A DNA stretch of 64,000 nucleotides, taken from the NCBI GenBank assembly GCA_963806225.1, contig CAWDXG010000004.1, positions 5,623,250 through 5,687,249 on the forward strand, given 5' to 3'. Shown here one piece after another: positions 41,147 through 52,995 of the stretch. Within the stretch, counting starts at the first letter, position 1. The number at the start of each line of letters is the position of its first letter. Source of the DNA: an uncultured delta proteobacterium (lineage in GTDB: Bacteria > Myxococcota_A > Polyangia > Polyangiales > Polyangiaceae). The notes below the pieces were generated by a model. That model was not told where the DNA came from. It worked only from the letters and a program-made list of their open reading frames with translations, and did not search any database. Both the position numbers and the translations under genes were made by a program.

Positions 41147-42631
41147 GTGACGTCTCCCGGCACGATTCCGGAGCTGATCGCGTGGCGCGCTGCCCAGGCG
41201 CCTGACCGCGATTGGCTCCAGTTCGGGTCGGACTCCCTTTCATATGGCGATGTGGTGGGCGAGGCCGATCGGATGGCGGTCGGTCTCGCCGAGCACGGCG
41301 TGGTGCACGGCGATCGCGTGGCGCTGCTGCTCGGCAACTGCCCCCACACGCTCTTCTGCTGGTTCGGGGCGAACGCGCTCGGCGCGGTCGTCGCGACGCT
41401 CAACCCCGCGTTCAAGCCCCCGGAGCTCGCGGCCCTTTTCGATTTGATACGGCCACGCGTCGTCGTGGCAGACGGGCACCGCGCGCTCGCAGAAGCGGCA
41501 AACCAGCGGCTTTCCGACCCTCCCGCGCTGGTCACGCCGGCGGAGCTCGCCCGGACCGGCCGCGGGGCGCCCCGCGCGGAAGTGACGCCCGACGACGCGG
41601 CCGTGCTGCTCGCGACCAGCGGTACCACCGGCGCGCCGAAAGCCGTCGTGCAGACGCACCGCACGTACGCGCTGACGGCCGAGGCGTTTCCAGCCTGGCT
41701 CGGTCTCGACGCTGCGGATCGACTGCTGGTCGCGCTGCCGCTCTTCCACATCAACGCCCAGGCCTACGGCGTCATGGCGTCGCTAGGCGCCGGCGCCGGG
41801 CTCTCGTTGCTGCCCCGCTTCTCGGCGTCGCGCTTCTGGGCGCAGGCGCGCGAGCTCGGCGCGACCGAGGTGAACGTCGTCGGCGCGATGCTCCACATCC
41901 TGTTGAACACGCCGCCGGCTCCCGCCGATCGCGAACACTCCGTCCGCATCGTGTACGGCGCGCTCGCGCTTCCAGAAGAGCAGCACCGCGCCTTCGAACA
42001 GCGCTTCGGCGTCGAGCTGGTGGTCGGCTACGGCATGTCCGAGACCACCTTCGGCACCATCTGGCCGCGCGGCGAGCGGCCGCGCTACGGCAGCATGGGA
42101 CGCCTGCGCCAGCACCCGCGTCTCGGCGAGATCAACCGCGCGCGGCTCGTCCGCGATGACGGCAGCGACGCCGATCCCGGCGAAGCCGGCGAGCTCTGGC
42201 TCGACAACCCTGCGATCATGAAAGGCTACTACGGCGCGCCGGAGGAGACGGAAGCCGCCCTCGCCGGCGGCTGGCTGCACACCGGCGACATCGTCCGCCG
42301 AGATGCCGACGGCTTCTTCACGTTCGTCGCCCGCAGGAAGCACATGCTGCGCCGCCGCGGCGAGAACATCTCCGCGGTCGAGATCGAGCAGGTACTCGCC
42401 GCGCATCCGGACGTGGGCGAAGCCGCCGTTGTCGGCGTGCCGTCGGAGCTCGGCGAGGACGAGGTCGTCGCGTACGTCTCACCCCGGCCAGGGCACAGCA
42501 TCGACGCCGCGGCGCTCTCCGAATTCTCCCGCGAGCGGCTCGCCGACTTCAAGGTCCCTTCCACCTTCCATGTCCGCGACGCGCTGCCGCACACCGCGAC
42601 CGAGCGCGTCGCAAAGCATCTGTTGCGGTAG
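41147..42631 (+). CDS. AMP-dependent CoA ligase (CaiC-like)
   Basis: TSGTTGAPK, LPLFH.NAQ, GYGMSE, LHTGD, RRRGENIS. Confidence 0.9.
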   Translation: MTSPGTIPELIAWRAAQAPDRDWLQFGSDSLSYGDVVGEADRMAVGLAEHGVVHGDRVALLLGNCPHTLFCWFGANALGAVVATLNPAFKPPELAALFDLIRPRVVVADGHRALAEAANQRLSDPPALVTPAELARTGRGAPRAEVTPDDAAVLLATSGTTGAPKAVVQTHRTYALTAEAFPAWLGLDAADRLLVALPLFHINAQAYGVMASLGAGAGLSLLPRFSASRFWAQARELGATEVNVVGAMLHILLNTPPAPADREHSVRIVYGALALPEEQHRAFEQRFGVELVVGYGMSETTFGTIWPRGERPRYGSMGRLRQHPRLGEINRARLVRDDGSDADPGEAGELWLDNPAIMKGYYGAPEETEAALAGGWLHTGDIVRRDADGFFTFVARRKHMLRRRGENISAVEIEQVLAAHPDVGEAAVVGVPSELGEDEVVAYVSPRPGHSIDAAALSEFSRERLADFKVPSTFHVRDALPHTATERVAKHLLR

Positions 42632-42641
42632 GATCGCGAGC

Positions 42642-44168
42642 ATGACGGCACCCGACAGCGGACCGCTGGTACAGCGCGCGGCGGCGAGCAGCGTGGCGAG
42701 CCTGTTCGCGGCCCACGCGCGCGTGCACCCGGGTCGCGTTGCGGTGGAGGACGCCGAGCGCGTGCTCACGTATGGCGAGCTCGCCGATCGCGTGCGGCGT
42801 CTCGCCAGCGCGCTCCCGGCCCGTGGCGTCGGTCGCGGCTCGCGCGTCGCGGTGCTCTCGGAAAACCGCGCCGAGTACCTCGAGCTGCTGCTCGCCGCCG
42901 CCCACCTCGGCGCCATCGTCGCATGCCAGAACTGGCGGCTCGCCGCGCCGGAGCTGGCCCACTGTCTCCATCTCGTCGAGCCGACCTGCGTGTTCGTCTC
43001 GGAGCGCCACGCAGGTCGCATCGACGGCGACAAGGTCGTGTTCGGTGACGAGTACGAGCGCATGCTCGAGAGCGCCGCGCCAGAGGCCACTACGGCTGAC
43101 CTCGATCCCGAAGACGCCCTGCTCATCCTCTACACCAGCGGCACCACCGGCCTGCCCAAGGGCGCCGTCATCAGCCACCGCGCCGAGATCGCGCGCAATC
43201 TCGTCATCCGTGCGGAGTTCGGCATTGCGGGCACGGACGCGTTCGTCGCCTGGTCGCCGCTCTACCACATGGGTGCGGTGGATCCGGCGCTCGGCGCGCT
43301 GATGAGCGGCGGCAGCGTGATCATCGTCGACGGCTTCGACCGCGCGCGGCTCGCCGAGCTCGTCGCCGCGTGCGAAATCGGCTGGCTCCTGCTCATGCCG
43401 GGCATGATCTCGGCGTTCATCGACGAGCTCCGCGCGCGCGGCATCAAGCCGCGTGGTGTGAAAGTGTGCGGCGTGATGGCGGATCTCGTGCCGCCGCACG
43501 AGATTGCCGAGGTCACGCGCCTGCTCGACGCCCCCTACGCCAACACCTTCGGCGCGACGGAAACGGGCTGCCCGCCCTGCTCGTCGAGCCTTCTGCCGGT
43601 GGGCGTCGCACCCGGGCGCCTGTCGAAAGAGCAGAGCGCCTACTGCGAGGTGCGCCTGGTCGATTCCGGGGACCGCGACGTGCCCGACGGCTCGCCTGGC
43701 GAGCTCTGCATGCGCGGTCCCACGCTGTTTTCCGGTTACTGGCGCGCTCCGGAAGTGAACGCCGAGGACTTCCGCGGCGGCTGGTTCCACATGGGCGACG
43801 TGTTCGTGCGCAATCCCGACGGCTCGCTCGACTTCGTGGATCGCGTGAAATACCTGATCAAGAGCGGCGGCGAGAACGTGTACCCCGCCGAGATCGAGCG
43901 CGTGATCCGCGAGGAGCCGCGGGTGGCGGAGGTGGGCGTGGTCAAGCGCGCTGACGAAAGATGGGGCGAGGTGCCCGTCGCCTTCGTTGCCCGCCGCGAC
44001 GACACGCTGACCCGGGACGAGCTCTTGTCCCGTTGCCGCGCTGGCCTCGCGGGCTACAAGCAACCCAAGGATCTCGTCTTCATCGAGCTCGACGCCTTCC
44101 CGCGTAGCGTTTCGGGCAAGGTGCAGCGCCATGAGCTCGAGAAGCTCCTGCCAGAGAGGAAGCCATGA
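42642..44168 (+). CDS. AMP-dependent acyl/aryl-CoA ligase
   Basis: YTSGTTGLPKG, FGATE, FHMGD, IKSGGENVYPAEIE, SGK. Confidence 0.9.
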   Translation: MTAPDSGPLVQRAAASSVASLFAAHARVHPGRVAVEDAERVLTYGELADRVRRLASALPARGVGRGSRVAVLSENRAEYLELLLAAAHLGAIVACQNWRLAAPELAHCLHLVEPTCVFVSERHAGRIDGDKVVFGDEYERMLESAAPEATTADLDPEDALLILYTSGTTGLPKGAVISHRAEIARNLVIRAEFGIAGTDAFVAWSPLYHMGAVDPALGALMSGGSVIIVDGFDRARLAELVAACEIGWLLLMPGMISAFIDELRARGIKPRGVKVCGVMADLVPPHEIAEVTRLLDAPYANTFGATETGCPPCSSSLLPVGVAPGRLSKEQSAYCEVRLVDSGDRDVPDGSPGELCMRGPTLFSGYWRAPEVNAEDFRGGWFHMGDVFVRNPDGSLDFVDRVKYLIKSGGENVYPAEIERVIREEPRVAEVGVVKRADERWGEVPVAFVARRDDTLTRDELLSRCRAGLAGYKQPKDLVFIELDAFPRSVSGKVQRHELEKLLPERKP

Positions 44169-44920
44169 CCACCAGCATCGCCACCAGCACGAAGGACGAC
44201 ATCTTCGTGCGCGACAAGAGCCTATGCCGCGACCTGATCGGTCAGCTTACCTTCACCGAGATGACCTACTTCCAGGTGCTCGGTCGCCGGCCGACGCCGG
44301 CGCAGACGGCCATGCTCGACGCGTGTCTCGTCACGCTCATGGAGCACGGCCTCACGCCGAGCGCGGTCGCCACGCGCCTCGTCTACACCAGCGCACCGGA
44401 AGCCATGCAGGCGGCCATCGCGGGCGGTCTGCTCGGCGTGGGCAGCCTGTTCGTCGGCACCGTGGAAGGCGCGGCCGCGCTCATCGCGCGCATGCTCGGC
44501 GGGCCCGATGGAGCCGAAGTCGAGGCGCGCCGCATCGCCGAGGAGCATCGCGCGGCGCGCCGCCCGGTGCCGGGCTTCGGCCACCCCGTACACAAGCCCG
44601 ACGACCCGCGTCCCGCGGTGCTGTTCGCCGTGGCGGAGAAACACGGCCTTGCCGGACCGCACATCGCGGCGCTGCGCTCGCTGTCCGCGGCGGTTGACGA
44701 CGTCTACAAGCGGCACATCACCATCAACGCGACCGGAGCCGTCGCGGCGTGTCTCGGCGACGCGGGCGTGCCGGCGGAAATCATGCGCGGCTTCGCCGTG
44801 CTCGCGCGCTGCGCCGGGCTCGTCGGCCACGTGCACGAGGAGCAGCAGCGGCCCGCCATGCGCGAGATGTGGCAAGCGGCAGAAGACGCGGTGCCCTACG
44901 ACGGCAAGATCCCGCGCTGA
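44165..44920 (+). CDS. Citrate synthase family / citryl-CoA lyase-like protein
   Basis: EHGLTPS, PGFGHPVHK..DPR, ARCAGLVGH..EE; ATGA overlap with the upstream ligase. Confidence 0.85.
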   Translation: MTTSIATSTKDDIFVRDKSLCRDLIGQLTFTEMTYFQVLGRRPTPAQTAMLDACLVTLMEHGLTPSAVATRLVYTSAPEAMQAAIAGGLLGVGSLFVGTVEGAAALIARMLGGPDGAEVEARRIAEEHRAARRPVPGFGHPVHKPDDPRPAVLFAVAEKHGLAGPHIAALRSLSAAVDDVYKRHITINATGAVAACLGDAGVPAEIMRGFAVLARCAGLVGHVHEEQQRPAMREMWQAAEDAVPYDGKIPR

Positions 44921-44963
44921 GAGAGCGTTTGCGGGCAAACCCGGACTTGCGGGACAATGCGCC

Positions 44964-46238
44964 ATGCGCGCCCTCTGGCTTATCGTGCTTGCGGCAGCGG
45001 CGGGCTGCAGCCGCACCGCCCTTTTCGACTCGCTAGGGCCCGGAGCCGGACCGGCCGCGACCGGGGGAAGCGCCGGCAGCGGAGCCGGCGGCAACGGGGG
45101 TTCCGGAACCGGAGGCAGCGCAGCAGGCGGCAGTGCGGGAACGGCCGGCAGTGCGGGAACGGCCGGCAGCGCGGGCGCTCCGGCGTGCACCTTGTGGAAC
45201 TTCCTTCCATCCAAGCCGGTCGCGCTCACCGAGCCGATCGGCGACTCGGCGCTGGCCTCGGTCGTGCGCGAGGGCAACCGCGTCTTCGTCGGCACCACGA
45301 ACGACAACGATCCCAGCCCCGACCCCACCTGGCGCGTGCGCGTCATCAAGGAGGACCTATCCGACCTCGGCACATCCCAGGTCGTGATGAAGCGACCGCA
45401 GGGCGTGTCCTTGTCGAGCATCGGCATCGCGATCGGCTCCGGACATCGCGGAGGCATCGCCTGGGACGACGCGCAGGGCTGCCGATTCGTGGAGCTTGGT
45501 GCCGACGGCGCCGCCATCACGGCGCCGCACCAGATCGCCAATAGCTGGTGCTACTGGCCCGTCGCTACGCAGTCTGGCTTCATCGCTTTCAACTCGCCCA
45601 GCTTCACGTTCACCCCAGTGACCTTGCTCACCATGAACAAGCACGGCCACGTGACGAAGACGCGCCCCGACATCGTCACTCCCGCCGCGTCCGGGAGCTC
45701 GCCCGCCGGCCTCGCGCGGTTCGACGACGGGACGCTGCTCGTCACCTGGTCCGATGGCAACGGAGTCACAGGCCAGCACATCGATGCGAGCGGCAACACG
45801 CTGGCTCCGGCAGCTGGCATGTCGATCTCCGGGCCGAATCCCCGCTTCGCCCTGGGCTCGATGGGCAGCTCGGCCCTCGGAGTGGAGAGTGGCGGGGCCG
45901 CTGTCGTGGCCGAACCTTTCGACGAGGACGGCCAGCACAGCGGGCCGCCGAACACGTTCACCACGAGCGGGAGCGTTGGTCACGTCGCCGTGGCCCGCGC
46001 CCGCGGCGCGGCGCTGGTTGCCTGGAGCGAGGGCCCGAGCGGCGCGTACCACGTCCTGCGCGTCCAACCCGTGCATCCCGATGGAAGCACCCTGGGTGCT
46101 CCCGTCGTCGCTTCCACGCTCCCCTTCATCGGCAGCCTGCGCGTAGTCGGCACGTCCACGGGCGCGCTCGTCGTCTTCGAGGCGGAAAAGCCCGGCACGC
46201 TCACCCAGGTCTTCGCGGTCCGTCTCGTCTGCCAGTGA
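44964..46238 (+). CDS. Gly-linker lipoprotein, beta-rich
   Basis: Lipobox AAGC, GSAGTA repeats. Confidence 0.7.
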   Translation: MRALWLIVLAAAAGCSRTALFDSLGPGAGPAATGGSAGSGAGGNGGSGTGGSAAGGSAGTAGSAGTAGSAGAPACTLWNFLPSKPVALTEPIGDSALASVVREGNRVFVGTTNDNDPSPDPTWRVRVIKEDLSDLGTSQVVMKRPQGVSLSSIGIAIGSGHRGGIAWDDAQGCRFVELGADGAAITAPHQIANSWCYWPVATQSGFIAFNSPSFTFTPVTLLTMNKHGHVTKTRPDIVTPAASGSSPAGLARFDDGTLLVTWSDGNGVTGQHIDASGNTLAPAAGMSISGPNPRFALGSMGSSALGVESGGAAVVAEPFDEDGQHSGPPNTFTTSGSVGHVAVARARGAALVAWSEGPSGAYHVLRVQPVHPDGSTLGAPVVASTLPFIGSLRVVGTSTGALVVFEAEKPGTLTQVFAVRLVCQ

Positions 46239-46285
46239 GGTCCGGCGCACGCTATGCTCGTTTCGAAGAGGTCGGGGAGGAGCAC

Positions 46286-47068
46286 GTGACCGCCTGCGAT
46301 CGACGGCTGTCCTGGCTCGTGCTGCTTCTTCTCGCCGTCGGATGCGGCGCGGCGGCGCAGGGAGGCCCCGAAGCGGCAGGGCCAGGGTCGGCGCCGGTCG
46401 CCATCCCCAGTGCCGCCGCGGCGCCGGGTGCGTCCCCGTCTGCGTCTGCGTCTCCGGCTCCATCGGCATCGGCGCCGCTCGCTACGCCGCCCACCCGGCC
46501 GAACCACGGATCGGGGCCGCAGGGTTGCTTCACACGAAAGGAGCTGGCCGCGCGAAAGGCCCAGGAGAAGACCGACAACGCCGCCACCTACGTGGAAGCG
46601 TTGCGCCGTCTCGGTCTCCAGCCGGTACACCTCGAGTCCTACAGGCTGTTCGACGGCACCAGCGAGATCCGGGGCCCCACCAAGCCCGCACACGTCGAGG
46701 AGCGCGATATTGCGCCCCACCGCCGGGCGCGCGTGATCGTCATGCCGCCGACCGGCGGTTGCGGCGATCTCTCCGGGGCGTTCCAGTTCGCCCGCGATGG
46801 GAGCCGCGTCTGGCTCGTCAAGCGCCGCGTGCAGAGCCGGACAATCGACGTTTCACTGTGCGGCTGCCCGGGTTGCAAGTGCGGGAAGCCGCACTATGGC
46901 GGATGCGGCGGCGCGCGCATCGCCGCGACAACCATCCTCGGCTACGAGCTGCCGGCCGGGACGGAGTTCGCCGGAGAGCGCGAGGTGCCGTACGTCGAGG
47001 ATTTCGTGCGCGTGCTGCACGTGCTGCCGCCGCAGCCCGCGTGCAAGCCGGTGCCGCCGCCGCCGTGA
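46286..47068 (+). CDS. Lipoprotein of unknown function
   Basis: GGAGGAG ribosome-binding site, GTG start, lipobox AVGC, Ala/Ser/Pro linker, Cys cluster. Confidence 0.65.
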   Translation: MTACDRRLSWLVLLLLAVGCGAAAQGGPEAAGPGSAPVAIPSAAAAPGASPSASASPAPSASAPLATPPTRPNHGSGPQGCFTRKELAARKAQEKTDNAATYVEALRRLGLQPVHLESYRLFDGTSEIRGPTKPAHVEERDIAPHRRARVIVMPPTGGCGDLSGAFQFARDGSRVWLVKRRVQSRTIDVSLCGCPGCKCGKPHYGGCGGARIAATTILGYELPAGTEFAGEREVPYVEDFVRVLHVLPPQPACKPVPPPP

Positions 47069-47092
47069 GCATCTGCTCTCTGCCCGTCGCGG

Positions 47093-47443
47093 CTACTGCG
47101 CGCCGCACGCGAGCCACACCGCCAGCTGGTCGCGTTCTTTCCGCGATGGGCCGTCGGGCCCGGGCGGCATGGAGTCGTTGTCTGCTGCGGCGCGCTCGAA
47201 GATGCGGCTCTTCCAATTCTGCACGCGTGCCTGGGTGTCGAACACGAACTGCTCGGGCGCGCCGTGCCGGTACTCGACCGCCGCCGAGTGGCAGCTATTG
47301 CACCACGTGGCAAAGAACGGCTGTCCGAAATTGTCGTAGGTGAGGGAAGTCCCGCCGTCCGGACAGCTCACGTCATCGAGCCGGGTGAAGGCGCACGAGG
47401 CCGCGGCAAGCCCCGCGAACAGAGCGAGCGCGAGCCACTTCAT
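47093..47443 (-). CDS. Monoheme cytochrome c lipoprotein
   Basis: Lipobox AASC, CNSCH heme motif, distal SMPP. Confidence 0.8.
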   Translation of the reverse strand: MKWLALALFAGLAAASCAFTRLDDVSCPDGGTSLTYDNFGQPFFATWCNSCHSAAVEYRHGAPEQFVFDTQARVQNWKSRIFERAAADNDSMPPGPDGPSRKERDQLAVWLACGAQ

Positions 47444-48015
47444 GGCTTGACGTTGAAGCCGAGCAGAAGCCCGCCGCCCACGTAGTAGGCCGGCCCCGGC
47501 GCCTCGCTGGCGAACAGCCAGTCGCAGTACAGCTCGCCCGAAGCCAGCCAGTCGAACTTCCCCGTGTGCGCGAAGGTGTAGTCCGCACCGATGGCCGCTT
47601 CCGCGCCGCCGCGGTGGCGGATGCCGTTGCCAACGCCGAACAGCACGCCGAAGGGCTTCTCCTGGGCGTAGTGGACGTACTCCTCGTGCTGGTGGACCCA
47701 CGAAATCCGCACGAACGGCTGCGGGTTGATTTTGGGCCACCATGCCTGGGCGCCCAGGCTGATCAGCGTGAGTAGCCGCTCGTCCACCCGGCCGTAGCCC
47801 TCGCGCCCGACGAACACCGGGCCGATCCAGTCGCCAAAGCGGTATGCCCCGCGCAGCGTGAGACCCGGCACCACGCCGTCGCCATGCCAGCCGTTGCCAC
47901 CGCTGCCGGCCAGCGTCGGCCCCGCTGCCACGTGGATGGAGCCCTCGGCGTGCACCGGTGTCGCGCACAGAAACAACGCCAGTCCTGCGAAGAAAGCCGC
48001 CCGGATACGAAGCAT
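47440..48015 (-). CDS. Small outer-membrane beta-barrel protein
   Basis: Signal peptide (VHA|E), amphipathic strands, C-terminal GGGLLLGF; ATGA overlap with the cytochrome gene. Confidence 0.65.
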   Translation of the reverse strand: MLRIRAAFFAGLALFLCATPVHAEGSIHVAAGPTLAGSGGNGWHGDGVVPGLTLRGAYRFGDWIGPVFVGREGYGRVDERLLTLISLGAQAWWPKINPQPFVRISWVHQHEEYVHYAQEKPFGVLFGVGNGIRHRGGAEAAIGADYTFAHTGKFDWLASGELYCDWLFASEAPGPAYYVGGGLLLGFNVKP

Positions 48016-48072
48016 GCGGTGCTGATCAGTGGCGTGTTCGAGTGGAGGTATTCATCTGTGCGCTGCTCGGCG

Positions 48073-48663
48073 TCACTCCGCTGCCAGGTCTTCGAGCATC
48101 TCGTCCTCGAGCCGCGCCCTGCGCGCCGCCACGAAGCAGATGAACGTCTCCTCGATCTGCTTGGAAAGCGCGCGCAGCTTGGGGCGGTCGCCGCGATCGC
48201 GCAGCTCGCCGCTGAGCTCGCGGCAGATGAAGCGCACGCACAGGTTCGGGCGATCGGCCACGTCGAGCGAGCAGCCCTCCGGTCCGCGGAACGCGCAGCC
48301 CGCGTGATCCGAATGCGGCCCAACCAGCTTCGCCGGCGTCGTGCCCGAGAGCTTCAGCGCCGCCAGCTCGGCGCGCGAGAACAGCTTGTGTGTCTCGGTG
48401 CCGCAGCAGTGCCCGCCCTGCCAGCGCCCGTTGGGCAGCGGGTGTCCCTCCGCGCAGCGCCCGCACGATTCGACCTCGCCGAGCCCCTTGTGCATGGCCT
48501 CGCGCAGCGCGGCCAGCTCCAGTGCCAGGTGGCGCTCTTCGTGGCTCGCCCGCGACCACTCCGCCTGCTCCGCGAGGATCGCGCGGAGCTCGCGCAGCAC
48601 CTCGGCGCGGCTCTTCGGATGGCGCACCCGGTCGACCAGGTAGCGGAGCGGAATCAGCTGCAT
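48073..48663 (-). CDS. Cys-rich putative metal/Fe-S binding protein (YkgJ-like)
   Basis: CGRC...CC...CAF....CSL....RP..C..F.C. Confidence 0.6.
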   Translation of the reverse strand: MQLIPLRYLVDRVRHPKSRAEVLRELRAILAEQAEWSRASHEERHLALELAALREAMHKGLGEVESCGRCAEGHPLPNGRWQGGHCCGTETHKLFSRAELAALKLSGTTPAKLVGPHSDHAGCAFRGPEGCSLDVADRPNLCVRFICRELSGELRDRGDRPKLRALSKQIEETFICFVAARRARLEDEMLEDLAAE

Positions 48664-48703
48664 GACGTGGGTCAGTCTACTCCTGGGCTCGGGCAGGCCA
48701 CCC

Positions 48704-48764
48704 TTGACGGCGCGTCGGGTCGACCCCATGCTGTGGCCATCCCACCCCACCTGGGGAGGGGTAT
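48704..48764 (+). promoter_or_regulatory. cop promoter with CsoR-type operator
   Basis: TTGACG-N17-CATGCT, then C-tract/G-tract pseudopalindrome ACCCCACCTGGGGAGGGGT (48744-48762). Confidence 0.6.
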
Positions 48765-48823
48765 CCCGGGCCGCGGCGGGACCGACCGCCGCCCCACCAC
48801 CCTGGAATTCCGGAGTAATTTCC

Positions 48824-49027
48824 ATGATCAAGCTGAAGGTAACCGGTATGACCTGCGGTCACTGCGAGATGGCCGTGAAGAAGGCGCTGAGCCAGGTGCC
48901 CGGCGTCGAGCAGGTGGTCTCGGTGGATCGCAATCGCGAGGAAGCCGTCGTCGAAGGCGCGGCCGAGCTCTCCGCCCTCGTCGCCGCGATCGAGGAAGAG
49001 GGCTACCAGGCAGAGGCGATGCAGTGA
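48824..49027 (+). CDS. copZ: Copper chaperone CopZ
   Basis: GMTCGHC heavy-metal-associated motif, 67 aa. Confidence 0.93.
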   Translation: MIKLKVTGMTCGHCEMAVKKALSQVPGVEQVVSVDRNREEAVVEGAAELSALVAAIEEEGYQAEAMQ

Positions 49028-49314
49028 AGAGCTGCGCCCACGGTCTGAAGCTCGATCCGGAGACGCGCGAGCAGGCGCGGCGCCGCCTGCTCAGCATCAA
49101 GGGGCACGTCGAGGGCATCATGCGCATGCTCGAAGACGAGTCGATCTACTGCGTCGACGCCCTGAAGCAGATCAAGGCCGTCACCGGAGCGCTGGACAAG
49201 GTGGGCGCGCTCGTTCTCCAGAGTCATCTCAAGGACCACGTCGTCACCGCCGCCGAGCGCGGCGACGTGGACGAGATCGTGGCCGAGCTGATGGAAGTCC
49301 TGAAGTACCGGTGA
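49024..49314 (+). CDS. csoR: Metal-sensing repressor CsoR
   Basis: RL..IKGHVEGI..M......C.D.LKQI.AV..AL, HLKDH; GTGA overlap with copZ. Confidence 0.9.
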   Translation: MKSCAHGLKLDPETREQARRRLLSIKGHVEGIMRMLEDESIYCVDALKQIKAVTGALDKVGALVLQSHLKDHVVTAAERGDVDEIVAELMEVLKYR

Positions 49315-49334
49315 CGATGCCGGGCGGTGAAACG

Positions 49335-51590
<2,256 letters not shown>

Positions 51591-51698
51591 GGTTGCCCCC
51601 GCGCAGCGCGGCACTCCACGGTGCGCCGCGCTGCCGCGCCGCGCGGGCCCACCAAGGCCGGGCTGGCGCCCGGCCGGGGGCCCCACCCAGCGGAGCGC

Positions 51699-52130
51699 CG
51701 TGCTCGCGGCCGCGAGCAAGTGGCGCGCGCGCATCGTGCCGCCGCCACCGCCGCATCGAGGTCGAGCTGTGCCACAAGTGCGGCGGCAGGCTGAAAATGC
51801 GCGCGCTGGTGATCACCGCCGCCGGCATCCGCCGCTACCTCGGCTGGCTCGGCGAGCCCAGCGAGCCGCCCGTGCTCGCGCCCGCGAGGGGGCCGCCGTT
51901 CTTCCAGAGCGTTGCCCTCCGTCGCAAGCTCGGTGAGCCCGCGCAGGCGGAGCTGTTCGACGCGCACTGAACCCGCCGTCGCCGGCGCACCGGTGCGCCT
52001 CGAGCGCGCTACCCGCCGCGACGCAGGTCCGACCGAGCGCCGAATGGCCACGCCGCAGCCTTCCTATCCGCCCTGGCAACCGCACCTGCTCCCTTCCCGC
52101 CCGGAGCCTGCGCGCCCTGGCGTCGCGGGC
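51699..52130 (+). mobile_element. IS91-like (Y2 transposase) 3' remnant
   Basis: Matches 61202-61743 with an internal deletion; encodes VLAAASKWRARIV and C.KCGGRLKMR...AELFDAH. Confidence 0.85.
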
Positions 52131-52995
52131 TGAAGGCGACCGAGCGGAAGGCCACGTGCCTGCGCTCCAGCTCCAGCCATGCCCGGCCGGGAGCCGCGTT
52201 CCACAGCGTCAGCACGCCGTCGGAGGAAGCCGTCGCCAGCACGCCTGCGCGGGGTGCGACCGTGAGCGAATGCAGCTTGCCCGCCCGTCGCCCGAGCGCG
52301 AGCCGCCGGGGCCCGTCGAAGCTGTCGTGCACCGACCAGCGCCTCCGCAGGCCATTGTCGTCGCCGCACAGGAGCGTGTCCTTGTCGCTGAAGACGAGGG
52401 TCTGGTCGTAGGCGGACAGCGGCAGCGCGCCCTGCTTGCTCCCTCCGAGCGACAGCATGTGGATCTGGTTGTCGGTGGCGCTCGCCGCAACGAACGCGCC
52501 GTCGGGAGGGAAGGCCAGCGCGAGCACGACCTGCATCGTGTTGTTCTGCGCGTGCGGCGCGTAGCTCTGCTTCACGTCCCAGATGCGCAGCCCGTCGGCT
52601 CCCGCGCTGGCCAGCCACCTGCCGTCGGGCGAGTAGGCGACCGACGTGACACGGTCCTGGTGCTGGAGCGTCGAGAGTACCTTGCCGCCCAGTGGGTCGA
52701 CGATGCGCACCCGTTCGTCGTGGGAACCGACCGCCAGCGCTTTCCCGTCCGGGCTCCAGGCGACGCTGGTCACCCCGGTGTCGGTGCCGAGCGTCCAGAG
52801 GCGACGTCCGGTGTGCGCGTCGAGGATCAGCGCTCCGCCGCTGTGCGTCGCGACCGCGAGCCGACCGCCATCGGGACTATAGGCGAGCTGCTCCACGCGC
52901 CCTCCCCCGAGTGGAAGGTCCTGCTTCCTGGTGCGCGGCAGATGCCTGAGCGGCGGCGCGGAGGTGCCCAGTGTCCAGAGCAGGGGGACCTCGCG
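52131..52995 (-). pseudogene. WD40-repeat protein fragment
   Basis: VTSVAWSPDG repeats; no credible start; 3' end cut at the IS remnant boundary. Confidence 0.75.

Noticed and set aside
41147..44168. NRPS cluster
   Set aside because: No carrier, condensation or thioesterase domains; these are stand-alone CoA ligases.
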